From positions 62,001 through 126,000 of the forward strand of contig KZ538211.1 in the NCBI GenBank assembly GCA_000934665.2: 64,000 bases of DNA. The letters run 5' to 3'. The translations under genes and the position numbers were made by a program. Positions 34,719 through 49,400 of the stretch are shown piece after piece (the first letter of the stretch is position 1; every line of letters starts with the position of its first letter). The notes under the pieces were generated by a model, which saw only the letters and a list, made by a program, of their open reading frames with translations, was not told the DNA's origin and searched no databases. This DNA comes from Catajapyx aquilonaris. Its lineage: Eukaryota.

Positions 34719-37700
34719 TTGGACCTCCAACTGAGAAATCTGGATTGGAAAATTAACTTTTACAAACTTCAAAAGGCCACAGAAAGCGTTAGGATAGTTT
34801 TAAAACATTTGCTTAATTTTTAAAGGCAGTGGCAGAAAATTTAGTCACAGCTGCAAATTGGCCACTACAATATTTATAGTGAGTTACTGCCTTTTTGTTG
34901 TATTGTCCCATTTTAATGGTTGTCGTCGTGCACACAGGTTTATTTGATATTTGTGATTATGAGATGTTGGTTTTAGTGAACATGGAGTAAAATTTAAAAA
35001 GTGAGTCTTTCTAAGGGTGTGTTGGGGGGAGGGGGGGGGGGGAATCTAAATAAGAATTCTCAAGGGATCCTCACGCTTGAAACAGATCCGTTCTATCAGT
35101 TAATTCCCATCATTATGCTTTCCCTCGGTCTGCTCTGTTCATCATAAATACTTAATTTCGATCACTAGCGTCACTAAATGATAACTTCAATTTCAGAATT
35201 TATGTAGGGTGAATGTAAAGTGGCAGCCTCAAGGCAGGAAGATCGGGGGAGGATAATACTCCCTATATAAATAAGTTGCTATGTTCTACCTCGATTACTT
35301 TGACATGCCCACTGCTTGTGATTAAGGGCCCCTTGTACAAATTCTTCGCCAATCAAAGTGGTACTTAAAACCTTAGTTCTTAGCAGCAAGCAGTGTCCCT
35401 AATCCCCCCTCCAAATCGGCCCACACCTGTTCTAAACTCTGGTTCTCATGTCAGTTGCTCAAAGCTCTATTTTTACAAATGGGTGTGACCTACAATCCTA
35501 CATGAATGACGCCAAGCTCCGAGGCAACTGTGAACCAAAAGCACACAATTCTATAAAGTTGATCAAAGAATAAATCGTCACCATTGCCCGGCATGTGGGT
35601 CTACAACTCACTTGCGGAACTATTACAGTAAATAGCGAGTTGCGGATGGATGACTGATGGCTGCTGTTTATGTTGTATTTTGTTGAGTTAATAAATGGGA
35701 AGGAGGGGCTGCAGGGCCACATATTGGCTTGGTCAGTCCGGAATTCCGTATAGTAAATAGCGAGTGTGCTCTTTTCCCATGCATAGGAATGACGTGATGC
35801 CTTAGACATGTGTCGGTGTGATACCACATACATCTCCATTCCTTCCGGTTGCACCACATCCTGGGCAATTTTCAAAAACCATTAGCCCGTTCCTGTTCAC
35901 CCCCGCCAGGTCCCACATGGCCCGTCACACTTCCAGCTAATTTTCCGCACATGCAAGGAATAAACCAACGCATTGTTCTCTGGCCAAGGGCGCAAATTTT
36001 TACAGGCTTCCAGTAGAAAAGTTGCGCGAGCCAGCCTTTTTAACACCTCATTAAAGCCCAAATACAGGCACAGTAAATTTCCAGCGTGGTTATAGTGGTG
36101 CAGTCAGGAGAGTAGGTGACGAGATTTAGGAGGCAAACAATAAGTCCTGCCTCCGAGGGCCCAGGGTTCACCGACTGGACCCACCGACCCCACGCTGGGT
36201 GCCAATTAAATCCCTGCGCCGCCTCCCAATTCATAACAAGTCTTTACACTTACACGTGGAAGTCCGGATTTGCACAAAACCGGTGATAAATCCTGCCACC
36301 CTCTCCCCCTTTCCCTTCACATCTCCCCCAAACTGAGGAGACAAAAAAGAAGCAAAAGCTGCCGTTACAACACTCTCAATCCACATGCTAGCTGTCACAG
36401 TGTTCGGTTGGGAGCCCCAGGATTTGTGGCATCCAGGAAATCCGCGGGCATCACGCATTGCAAGCATCATTCTTCGCGGTTTAATAGGCGAGTATCTCAG
36501 CCGGGTCGAAAAAGAATTAGAGGAGAGCAGCAAAACTGAGCTGGCCCACCGATTGTCTCCAGTTTGTCCCAGAGGGGGAGGAGGGATTGGTTTGGGATCA
36601 GAAACAAGGATCTTTTGGGCTGGAAAGGGGTCCCCGCCCTACCAGGGCCGTCACACAAGACAAGCGACATGGAGCACCCCATCCATTCCCCGGACATTCC
36701 CTATACGACAGGCCCTGCCCATATATTCCTCGAAGCGTCCTAGTCTGCTTTGGGCTCGGGCTACGGCCTGGTCCACAATTACCACCAGCCTTCTCCTCTT
36801 TTCGAAAGCACCTGTTGGCAAATTCAACGCGTTCAATATTGAAAACGCGACGCTGCTGCTGGGGACCACCCTGTGCAATTAGGCCCAAGCTAGAAATCCG
36901 ACCGCCTCACACCATAAAGCAATTGAAACAAGGACCAAAAAAGGGCCGTGCGATTAGACAAAGTGCCTGCGTAACTTGAGTATCCGCCCACACGAGTCAT
37001 CCAAAGAGACAAGCTGCTACTGTCGAGCGTCCAGCTCGAAGGAAAACAGCAGACCAGCTCAAGTGTCCCTGCGAACACGTAACTATTCAATGTCTCACCC
37101 AATCACACTCCAACAGGCTCGCCGCCCTCAAATTAATTCCCGCGACAAGTGCTGCATGCACAGCAAGAATGGCATTACTTGCATCGCGCTATATGACTCG
37201 GCAAACTGGTTTCGCGTGAGTTACAGTACATGCAACTATGCCATCGCTGGAGAGAAATGCACAACCTTCGCTTCGTTTCAAGAGTTGCAAACTGCTCCAC
37301 ACTGTATACGGAAAACAATAATTTTTATGGCAGTTAAAACTCCACGCATGACTTCAGGATATGCAGTCATTGGCACTTTCGCTACGGAATGATCCCGGTA
37401 CGGGACCCTTCGAGGAGCATGTGTTCGCGGCTAGCATTTCAGCACCATCTAGCAGGGAATATTGCAAGATTTCGCCAATCCTTTTGTCTATAGTTCGTAT
37501 AAGACAGACTCTTAAAAATGGCATCATGGTAAAATACCTCAAACTGCAAAACTTTTCGCAGAACTATCATCCACACTATCGGAAATATATTCACTCCAAT
37601 GGTAAATTACATGCTGCCAAGCACCCGTGCATGGCAGGATGACCTTTGTTATTTTGGCGAAATCTTATCTTTGACTTCATAAACAAACAAAAGCCATCAC

Positions 37701-40434
37701 TAATGGGTTGATAGAATGTAACGTGCTGGATGCAAGTTCTCCTTCCTACTCCAGTATGAGGCTGAACAGAACAGAAAAAGAGGCGCTCCCACCCCCTTTA
37801 AATCCTTATTCCTCTTCTCTCTCCCCTTATACCCCCTTCCCTCCCACCTCTCTCTCTTTCTCTCTCTCTCTCTCCTCTTCTCTCCTCTAAACCAGCTCCA
37901 GCTCTCTCAGCTCCCTGGGCTGTCCACAAATCAGCCTCTTCATGAATATCATCCCGGAGGCAATCCGGTCACGAAAGCCGCCATCGCCGCCCTTTTTGCT
38001 GGCCCCCCTGATTTTCATGTCAACAGAAGGAGAGGGCCGTGGCCCGTAATTACGGAGCGGGAAGAACCAGCCGCAATGGAAACCAGCGATGAAATATGAA
38101 ATTAGAATGCGCCCAAGACAGGGCAAGACGGTAACAAAGCACGCCACACCACCACCCCTACAGATACAAATGCTCCTCCGCCACACTCGCTGACCGACTG
38201 GGTCACACACACACTCACACACTCGGGGACACCAGGGGCAAAGGCCACCACGGCGTCACAGCAGGATCCAATTTTCACTCATATATGGCAGCCCCCAATA
38301 AAAATTAGGCGGGTGCAAATCGAGTTAGCAGCACATATACCCAGCTCCGTGTAATTCAAACACGATCCGCACTCTTAATATTTTGAATTACCACCACACT
38401 TTGAATTTCGAATAAATTATTTAAGGCCCTAACGTCCATAAAACTTGAGCCCCAGTTCTTTCCATATTTCCAGATAAGCATAATATATGTGCCAGTACGA
38501 AAAATATGTTGGAAATGGTCAGACTCGGCCACACGCAAAATAATGTAGACTCGACGAAAGTTGTTCAAAATCAATTCGGCGAAAAGGGCAAGGTCCACTT
38601 GTGCCGGAATGAGCCGGTAACACCTTCTCTTCCCAAATTGGATCAGCACTCATAATTCGGGCCACTTATACACCAGAACTCTTGACATTAGGAGGCCGAG
38701 AAATAAGCGGTAGGCAGCTGGCTGGCTTGCTGGCCTCACCACTCGAAACTCGAGCTTTTGCTCTTTCCTCCTCCTCCTCCTTCCCCTACCGCCTTCCCTC
38801 TCCCCCCTCTCTCTCAAAAAAATAGAAAAAAACTGGCCCTGCTTATAACTCTCAGGTGTATAAGTTGGATGGGACCGGGCCCCATTATCTCATCATGCCG
38901 GGGAAGGAATTGGCTCGCATGTCTGCTGGCAGGCAAGGCAGGCAAGGCAAAGCAGGCAGGCAGGCAGCGGGGCCAGAAAGGGGAAAGAAGGAGAGAGATA
39001 CCAAAGGGATCATCATTTCCCCCACTAAACAAGTACCCACGACTTATATATAAATACGCACTCTTCATGCCCATACCAATCCTTCAACGCGCTGGCTTTA
39101 CCAGGATCTTCAGGTTTTCGTGAAAGCAGCGCAGCGCCAAGTAATTCAACAGGTTCATTTTACCAAGGAGAAAAGGGAAATGGTACAGAAGAGGTTCCAG
39201 CAAGGGCAACCTGAATGTATAGGATATTGTTATAGGTAATCTCAGGCGCTTAAAATGTGAACCGACCATTAATAATATGATATATCGACTATTAGCATGG
39301 CATACCCGAGTTGTCCAAATGTATAGAGCTCTAAACGTGTATACGTAAAAGTCCAATAACTTACAGTACTCTCGTAGTATGGCCTATACTTCAGGCCCGC
39401 CGATGATCTTCAGGCTAAACAGCAACTATTAATACCAATCGTCAGGCGATTATTTTGAATTATTTATAGTGTAAACTTGCCTAAAACCACGGATAAAGCA
39501 GCTGCACAGTCGTGAACACGAGTTTTAGGATAGCAGCTTTACTTTTTCTGCAGGCGATATACTTTAAGGCTTAAGCGCAGTTTGTGAAGCTCCCAGGAAA
39601 GGAAGAATATTCACAAGTCACTATGCGTCAGTATGATCTGAAAGCACTGCGACATTTAATATGTATAGTCTATGCCGCATCTCCTTCGAGTTACGTGAAA
39701 GGATTGGTTATTAATGTTTAAAGTACTGTAATAATTTCTTAAACCTTTCGTTTACAGCAATCAACATTATATCATTAAAATTCTCTTTGAAACAATGGCT
39801 AGAAAACAACACAAGTAGCAAATATTTTAATTAGCGCGCTCCGAATCCATAATTCTGTTTTACTATATGTACAAACGCACGGGTGGGACACAATGCCCCT
39901 AGTTGTGATAAATCATTAATGCATTCATTTTAGCGCAGTTACGCTGAGTTGTGCTAGCCAATTACTATACATAATTTCCACTTTTAAAAGCATTGTTTTC
40001 CATTATTAATACCCGTGGCTTCCAAGCATTAAAAAACACACAGACCTTCGTTCAGCAGGTAGACAATTCAAGCAAAAATTATGCAATGCGAGCTGACACT
40101 GCGCTGTTGCAAATCCAGATCGCAGCAGTTGTGTGTTTTTCTTCAAGCCGTGTGAAATGATAACGTGGCAGCCAAACTGACGTGTACAAGTGACCCTCAG
40201 ATTGTGCGCCTGACGAAAATGTGACCCTTCCCGCAATCTAGTAATTGAAGTCACCTCGGCCAGGTCACGACAACCATTTTCTCCGGGGCTTTGAAATACG
40301 TGGCACGAAGCGCATCACACCACATCAGGCACATCTTGCTGAGAGAAACGGATGAAAAAAAAGAAGTTTTGGAAGCTTGTGACGTGCCAAGCAATCCGGC
40401 TTTGGAGTACGTCAGCATGACCCTTTTTATGCAC

Positions 40435-40453
40435 GTGTGTGTGTGTGTGTGTG
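40435..40453 (+). repeat. (GT)9 microsatellite
   Basis: Read directly from the sequence. Confidence 0.9.
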
Positions 40454-43400
40454 AACGCTGCATGGTACACATGCAAGGAAGATTCGGCTGCACATAGGCC
40501 CCAGCCCATAAAATTTGTCAGCCTAAACCGTAAACGGGAAAATATGCCTAATTAATATGGCAGAAGGTACAGAGCTTATGCCCGTTTAAATCATTGCAAC
40601 AGTAAAACGTCTGGAGAGCGCCGCCTGAGTTTTTAACTTCATTTACTGGTCCCCGACAGAAACCAAACCCGGTTGTTTTATGCACCGGATCTTTGCCTCT
40701 TCGTGAGGGGAAAAAAATCAAAATGTTGCGGTACACAAACTATTACAAAGTAATTGGCTCCATAATGACCATATACAGCCGGCTTCAATAGGCAGTTCTG
40801 AACAATAATGTTGCCTAACCATCTGTAAAGTGATATATGGCGTTAATTATCACTGTTGTCGAGAATCATTACCTAAAGTCTGCAGGCATATAGTAGGAGA
40901 CATCAGTTCTCGTATGTTACTGTGTATATTTTACTATAAAATTTCAATAAATTCAATTTCTGCCATTACACATTACTTGTCCAGCTCAATATCACTCAAT
41001 AATTCCATAAGATAATAAACTATAGAACTGAATACAGCGTCCTTGATGTATCCCATATACAAATGATCATAAAATAACTGATCGATTTTTGACGTAATGT
41101 ATAATTTTGCAATCACTGTCGGAGGAAATGGCTATTGTTTTGACTGATTTGATTTCGGTACTTGGAAAACAATAATCAATGTCACACACCCACTCAAACC
41201 ACACACATTCTATCGTATTCACAACAAAATCACTAACATTCCCGAGTGTTTCAAAATTGAGCTCACGGCCGAATCGGCTAAAATAGACCCACGCCCATAT
41301 CCAGTCATCGTTTATACCCTGATCTTCAAATATTAAACACTAAAATTGAGATATCATTAAATGTAACAGGCGGTCTGGAAGCGATGGAAGAGTCGTATGG
41401 TGTATCAGCACCCTTCGACATGGTGCACTGCACTCTCGGAATAATTCTGGTGACCTTCTGGAGCCCATGTGACACCTCTCTATCAACTGATATCCTATAT
41501 ATGGTGCCCAGCAGTATATCGCCCTAAAAGCTTGAATCATTTTGAACCACCCTGTATTGATATGAAAGTGCAATGATCCATACACGTGTAGCGGAACCTG
41601 GCTGGAATTTCCTGCAAAATGGACAGCCAGCCAGCCGCCCTCCAACGGGCTACATTTACATGCAAAAGGCAGCCAAGTTAATTGCAATCTATCCCGGTTC
41701 CCCTGGGCCCGTAAGGGATGTCCAATCTTACTCACATACGTCAAAGGCAGGCACACATAAATTCCTGCAGCGGGAGATAAACAGCAAGAAAATCGTAAAA
41801 CTAGTCCTGCTCTCCTTGAATAACAACAAACGTCTTATTTTGCCAAGTACGCTAGCTTCTGGATATTAATATTACCAAGTCAAAGGAGGGTGTAAGGAAA
41901 CATGATGTTCGGAAAATGTGCCAGTAAATCAAACCCTGAAGGGTTACACAGGCATTTCTCCGTCTGCCCTGCGTGATATCATATTTTATTATTACCGCCA
42001 GAATATTAAACACCCACGTACAATCCCATAATAGAGAAGGATTTGCATTGCTTACACCTGCTCCAAGACACCGACATTTGGCAGGCCTACATAACAACTA
42101 CTTGTACACAAAATATAATCTACCCAGCATTAAATTATTTCTTCCTCCAACTCTTGACCCCAGAGCCCCTCTCTTTTCTTCTAATTATTCTCCCCCCCCC
42201 CCCCCTTCACTCACCCAAGATCTTACTTCAAACCATGTTAAGTCCGTGATCTCCAAACATAAACTTAATTCGTCTCAGGATTAAGTTTTGGTTTCTTTTC
42301 TGGAATGATGAAAGTCAAACATGGGCAATCTAAACTTGACACCTACGATAATGTGGCGAAAGGGTTTAGGTTATGCCTGGATATATTGAAAACACCAGAT
42401 TGTACTGCATGACAATAAATGAGTCTGAATGATCGAAAACGTTCAGAGACAACTTCAGGCACATCTCGTTTGTGGCATGTTTTTGTTGGCTTTAATCAAT
42501 ATTCAACCTTTATAGTCCAGTTATTATAACTTGCTTCCACCCTCGAGATAATATGCATCCAGGATTCAGCGTTTCAAATGAGTCAAGGAATCAAGTTTCC
42601 CACCCTGCCTCCAGTCACACCTCATCCACTTGGAAGATTGCGCAAGGCCATCAAGAAAATAAAACACTATGTTTTAAAATTTAAATGTAAATATAATACG
42701 ACAATAAATTAAAGCCAACGAGAAGTGCACCTCTTTCGTACGGTATTTCATGAATACGACCACTTACGAATAAGAATACGCTGCCCTGTTCCTTGGGGCT
42801 AAATTCAAGGGTATTTCGAATGGATACAGTTACAAAGAGGAAAATCTTGTTTGCAATAGTGTGTAATATTTACAATGCGAATTTATAAACAACTCATAAC
42901 TTTGAAGGTGTGCTCGGACTTATCCTGCTTTTACACAAGAAATCCCAAAATATCCTCACATGTAGCATGCCTGCCGAAACACAGTATGCAGCAATATATA
43001 TTCACTTATCACCCCCCACAATCACCACCACCACCACCACCACCACCTTTTCTTTCACCTAAATGGCACGTCACGTTTACTTCGATGTATGCATACACAT
43101 CAGGAAATTTTATTGAAAACCAAATAACACGAAATGCTTTTGAACCCAGTTTGAACCCGTGTAAAGTCTCTCTCTGACTGCTCCGTCGCACAGCTTAATG
43201 GTGATATCCCCCGACATTTCCAGGTGTATATTCCAGATTTCCATCCAGCAGTGCATGTGCCTGGTCCCCCATTCCGGCTGTGCTGGAATAGCTGCTGGAC
43301 ACAAACTGACTATTTTGATACGACCCCCTCTCATGTACAGATATGGGAGAAATGCCACCGTCATTCCGAGCCACGTGTCCAAAGTGCCCATCCTGGTTCT

Positions 43401-46400
43401 GGTCACGACCAGTTTGGGCCCTGCAGCATTCGGACCATCAGAAAACCGCCGGGCATTTAGCCTTGCCCGGGACTTAATTTGTGCCCCGCGTATAAGCCAG
43501 GCCGCAAACAATGCTCAGGAACGCGGCCGGTGAGTCGGTCGGAAGCAGAAAATGCGCGGAAAACAGGTCCCATCGGCAGGCAAAGTTGCATTTTCGCTAG
43601 GCTTGTTTTCACACCCTCGGAAATAATACGTCCCCCCCTCCAATCCTTCCTTCTTTTTTTATTTTTTATTTTTTTTAAAGAAGAGGGGGGAAAAATAGCG
43701 GAGTCTGGTCCAAGAGCATCCATCGCCAGGCTGGCATGGACCGAGCTGGGCCCCGCAACCGAGTCCAGCGGCCAAAATGACGAATGAAACTCATTATGAA
43801 AAAGAGTTATGGGACACCCTTTCACCCGGGCTGCATTTCTCCCGGTTTTAGTGTGAGCCCTCCTTATGGTGATGCATGCTAAACACACAAGCAGTGGGAG
43901 GGTGTGGAGGGGGTTGGTTGTAGGGGGAGGGATGAGCATGGAAGAGACGGGGGGAGGGAGGGAGGGAGGGAGGGAGGGATGGGGAAGGAAAAGGCTTTAC
44001 CTGCTTGCTACTCCCACGGCACAGTTGCCACCTCGTCCCCAAAAGCGAACTCCTCATAACTTTGTCCGGACAAACAGATGGGGCGGTTATGGCAGCTCAT
44101 CACACGTGTTTGTTCAAGGCAGGAAAGAAACACGAGAATTTCCAGACAGCCGCCTGAATACGCCCACCTCAAACCGTGTCACACGCCGCGGGTGATCCCC
44201 GTGTATACCCCGGTACGGCGCGCATCCACGGGGTGATGCACGGCGGTGCACCGGTGCCCCACGGAAAGCTATAAAAACCTACAGAGAGGATTTCTTTTGT
44301 TGCTTTGGGACAATCATCATGACGCACATCAGCATGAGTGGAGGCACAGCAGGCACATGCTGTTCCTTATGGGATGACGCGATGATTCGGATAATCAAAG
44401 AGTCATACTCCAAGCATGTTTTGCACCTGTCCTTTTAGCACAAGAGGACATTATGGTTGTCGCGGACTGCTTGCCTGCCATTTCTCTTCCAAGAACAACC
44501 GCATGCCACAGGGACAACGTCAGAATCTGTCACCGGGTCTCGAGTTTATCATAATTAAAAAATCAGTCGCTAAATTACTGAAATAGTTCCATGCATAATT
44601 AATAGGAAATACTTGGCGGACAAAAACTTAAATCACATTTAAGGCTGCAACGAGTTCTCATAAATTCCGCTGATGCCTCTACTCAACAAAAAAAGAGAGA
44701 TATACAGTAGCTGATGTCATAATCTTGACATATACGACATACATTCGCGGTTGGAGCACAGACATCACCGGTTTTCATTGTAGCCCTGCCACATGAGTCT
44801 TTTCATCTTTTCGGCCAGTACCTCCGGCATTCTTTGCTTTCGCAAAATTTTCTCAAGACACATTTCGCCTTGCATTTTTCCTCGACGTCTTATCATGGAG
44901 GCAATTGAATACTGTGCCATCATTCTTTGACATTTACTAAGACTATAATTATTTTTTGTTAGGAACTAGAACAAAGAGATTTCTTAAAAAGAATGTCCGC
45001 CTGCAGCAGAATGGACGTCCCAACTGCAACTCATAATTGTTTCATAAGTTCATGTCCTACAAACTGCGAATCAGAACTGAAGGCTTGTCTTCCTCCATGT
45101 ATAGGGCACTCGTTGGCTGGAGTGATTACAGTTGATGCAAAGAGATTTTTTTCCCATGTGACAGATACTTCGCAAGCATTTTCTTACTACTATATCAATG
45201 TCTGTAACCAGCATTTGCAACAAATCCCCAAGATCGTCATACTCCAATTTACTAGCAAGAAAATTAACAATTTCTAAGGAAAGCATGTTGCACATAACGA
45301 GCGTAATATAAAATTTCGAATTCGGGCGCATTATCTTGGCCAGTAATTAAATAGTCACTCTGAAGCTGGAATCCACATATTTTAAAATAGATACCGTACG
45401 AGAATATTATTCTCATTACAGTATTCATACAATGTGCGAGGTTGATTGATATAGTGTTTGGTGTATAAACTTCAAACTGATCTCAACCGAAACCTGCTGA
45501 ATAAAACACAATATGGGGCACGGCATGGGCCACCTGAGTCCAAGAAATCTTTACTCATTGTTGGGTGAATGGTCGTCAGTAGAGTTCCGACAACAAGACT
45601 AATGAATAATGATGCAGTCAACCAAGAAAATTCCGATGGAACTACATTTCAGCAGGCCACTTTTAATATGTATTGATCGGACCCGAGGAAGGAACACTCT
45701 TTAACACCAGAATGGAGAGTTTCCCGGCCAAGTTTCGATTATATTTATACGACGAGGATAACAACACAGAACGAGCCTGTCATTGAAAAGCACCCTGTAC
45801 ATTCGAGTGTGACAGCAGGCCCCACCCATGGCTTCCTCCTCATCTGGAAGCAAGCAGCAAGAATAGCTGCCCATCAGGAGGTCCCTAGCTCTGAGAAGAC
45901 TCCTCTCTTCGCCTGGCTTTTATGGCCGGGGACAACGACTCGGGACGTCCAACGATACCTTATTCATCACTCACGAGTCTTTCATTCTCTCCTCCCCTCC
46001 CTACCTCCCTCCACCGTTTTTTTCCCCTCGTCTTTCTCCCTCCTTCAAATACACCCCCTTATCCCCAGTATTTACCAACATCTCAGGGTTTTATGCCCTG
46101 GGGAACCCGATGCCATGGGTCAATTTCAGATAAATTATACACACGACGGGCCAAGATCAGACCTTCATTATGCAAGAAAAAAATTTACTCGTGCAGTTCC
46201 ATGGAAGGCTGCCGTCCTCCAGAGACCAATAAACCAACCTCAGGTGAGTTTCCAAGTAGACAACGAAAGGCATCACTTCAAACTTTTAACACTATTTACA
46301 TGCATGGCTACCCTATACGCGTTTAGTGTCCCTATTGTATTCACAATTTAGACATAATGAAAAACCACTTATACACTTACGGCTATTGCCGCTATGAATT

Positions 46401-49400
46401 CGTCGAGTAAATGAGCTACCGCATGATTATAGATATGTTTTGTGCCGAGGAATATCCTACAAGTACAATTGCAAATTATATCCTACTGCAACTTGAAACT
46501 GATACCACCAAAGTGAAGGAGCAGCGGAACTAACTTTGATCTGAGTCCTAGCACATCCCTCCTCTTAAAAGAATTTCGTAAGAGCGACGTACTCCAGCTT
46601 AACCCCACAGCTAACCTCCTCCCCGCACAAATTCCGAGATTCCATCCCCCCCACCTCCCACTCCCATCTCTGCCATCCCCTACCTCCTTTCACCTGACGC
46701 ATTTCCCAGATGCAAAATGGCCGGAAGGCGAAATATGCCACACTTGGTAACGAGTGAAGCAGGCATTCCTGGCTCAGTACACCGGAAAAGAAGCAGAAAA
46801 TTGTCGAGATTGAACTTCGCGGTCGGGAGTTGAAACCCGCGATTTTAATAACCCTCCTTTTTGATACCGTAGTTTATTAGGGATCTCCTCCCACCCTCTC
46901 TCTCCCCACTATATACACCACTTCCCTGCAGCCTTTTCCGCGGTTTCGTCTTGGGTTTGCAAGCCCTCCGGATGCCAAATTTTCATCCCAGAAATCTCGG
47001 CCCGAAAGTTTGCTCGGAATCAATAAGTCAGCTTCGATTAATTTGTGCCGATATGAAACTTAAACGTCCCACTAATGACGTTACTCGCCTGACAGCTCCC
47101 TATGGAAGCATGCGGTGGTGGAATTCTGGTCCCTTACAATTTCATTAGGAGCTCTTTTATACCACGGGGGGCAAACGGCCGACCTGGAAAAAAGACGTCC
47201 CTCTAACCGCCAGCAGGGGATGAAAACATGCAAATCACTGCAGATGGGCAGCCGCGAAACAAGAAGGTCACAGGTATCGCACATTGCACGCGGCATACAG
47301 GAATGCAACAACCTATCGCCTGGCAGTGCAGGATTCCATCGGCTTGAGTCGTGTAATCTTGACGAAATGCGCCAATATCATCCGGCCTCTGGCTCCGAAA
47401 CTGGATAAGTACAAATTGGGACCTTGTTTGGGGTCATTTTGACTGTCGGCATTCTGACCACCGCCCCACCCTCTGGGCAACCCCTTCCGTTGTTAAGTGC
47501 TGGTCACGCGTTTCATTCCCATCGTGAAGCAGCAGAATGATTAGGCACAAAACCCGCCCTGGACCAAACATCTCCTTTTGTGCCTTACTTTCAACCAGTC
47601 ATTTAGGGCCGTTTAACCCCCGTCGAATGACTGTCTATATCCAGTGCAGGAGGGGTTTTTTAAAAGACGAAGAAGAAGAAGAAGATGGCGGCTGTTTCCC
47701 CTCGCTACATGCATGCATGAATCGTCCCATCCCCATCGCGTGAGCAGACCAAGCCTACCATTCGACACGGCTTGTTAGCATGAGCAAACAGACGGCCCCC
47801 AACCTGCCCCGATCCCCGAGGCCTATCAGGATCCGTGTCATTGGTGCCCACCACCAGCAGCCAGGAATTCGGGAGGTACGGCCGCGGACGTCGGATGGGA
47901 CATGCAGCACTGTGCGTACCCTGCCTGCCTGGCTCCCTGGGGGATGCAGCATGGACCATCATCCTCTTGTTATTTGGAGGCTGCAATTGTTATGCCGGAT
48001 GCATAAGGGGGACTGTGGTGCACCGCGAATGGGACTGCACTGTACTCACTCCCAGCGCCTATGCATTGTTCCAGCCACGTGGAATACTAACAACAGCTTG
48101 TGACATTTGCAGGGTGCAGTACACACTGTGCCTGGGAATATAACTAGCACTCCATGGACACTGCAGGCCTGCGGGGACAGTCGGAGACGGCCAGCCTGCG
48201 ACAGGGTGGATCCTATACGGAACAGGTGAAAAGCACCGAGTGCTGGAAGTATCACAGGAACAGCCTTTCAAAAATTGGTCACTCCAAGAGAAAGTTTACG
48301 AGGCAGCTTTTCGTCAAACAAGCCACTTACAAAACACATGGCAAACTAATTTAGCTTCTGTTTGGTAACCAACTGGCCTCCTGAATTTTTCAAAAATAGG
48401 ACAGGCCATTTCCGATAAGATATTGGAAAGTTTATTTCAAATGTAAAATGTGGCAGTGAGAATCACCGACTTCTGCAGCATCCGGTGCCTATATATACTT
48501 CGAAGGAAGGCAGTGGAATGGCTCCAAACTATATAGACCTGCCGCCACTTATATTCCAGGCCGTATAATGTATTATTCACAAACTACTTCATAGTCGGAA
48601 TCTTAATTTCCTGACACGTGTGCCTATGAGTATGATAAGATCGTTCAAGTTGTGACCGGAGAATAATAATCTCATTCGACTCTACTTCGCGCATGTTTCC
48701 TCCTCGCTCGACCGAACAAACTGTCAAAAATTACGAAGGAGGGCACAGAGGCAGTAGGCCCACTTAAACAAATTACACTACACAACTTTCCAGGCATTTG
48801 CTTCTTCCAAATTAGTTCGCCTTCTCATCAAGAGCTACAGCGGCGAATTAGGTATTCTCATTAGTGTTTATTGCACAGAAGGTGTAGTCGACTATACAGG
48901 GTGTCCGTAAAGAAACGGAAAGCAATAAAAGCCCGTAACTTGGCAGCAATTGCATCCGGTGGTAATAATTCACTGCCTGATAGCATGATGCCTTTTTTTT
49001 TCCTTCGCAAAGGACAGCTGCATGATGGCATCGAGTTCAATCGAATATGGCTGATGTCCCTTCTCGCCTCAACGCGTTATTACAATATACTGCATGAACT
49101 ATGAAGAGGCACGGCAAGATTCTCAGCAAGGTATTCTGCAGATCACTCGCAATTTCAGTCCAGAACAACAGCAGCGTATATGATTCGCGCAAGAGTGCTG
49201 CATGGCCTCTGCTGGAGAAGAAAATGGCAACCGCATTCCATCACAAAGAATGCACGATTGCAAAGTTGGATTCCCTTAAATATGTGCAACTCCCCATAAG
49301 GTCATTTTCCTTTCCAATATATTCCACCTGAAATATTTATAATTACGGATAAAGCATTGCGTTCATTCCGCTTGTGGCTACCGGCCGCACGTCTCCTTAG

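Noticed and set aside
41070..41285. Possible very old foldback (AATTTTG...CACT...CGG vs CCGAGTG...CAAAATT)
   Set aside because: Low identity in AT-rich sequence; needs einverted to support it.
46815..46845. T-arm-like GCGGGTTTCAACTCCCG on the minus strand
   Set aside because: No A box or acceptor stem.
47682..47692. YY1/Pho consensus AAGATGGCGGC as a Polycomb response element
   Set aside because: A single site at the end of a GAA run, with no GAGA/Pho cluster around it.
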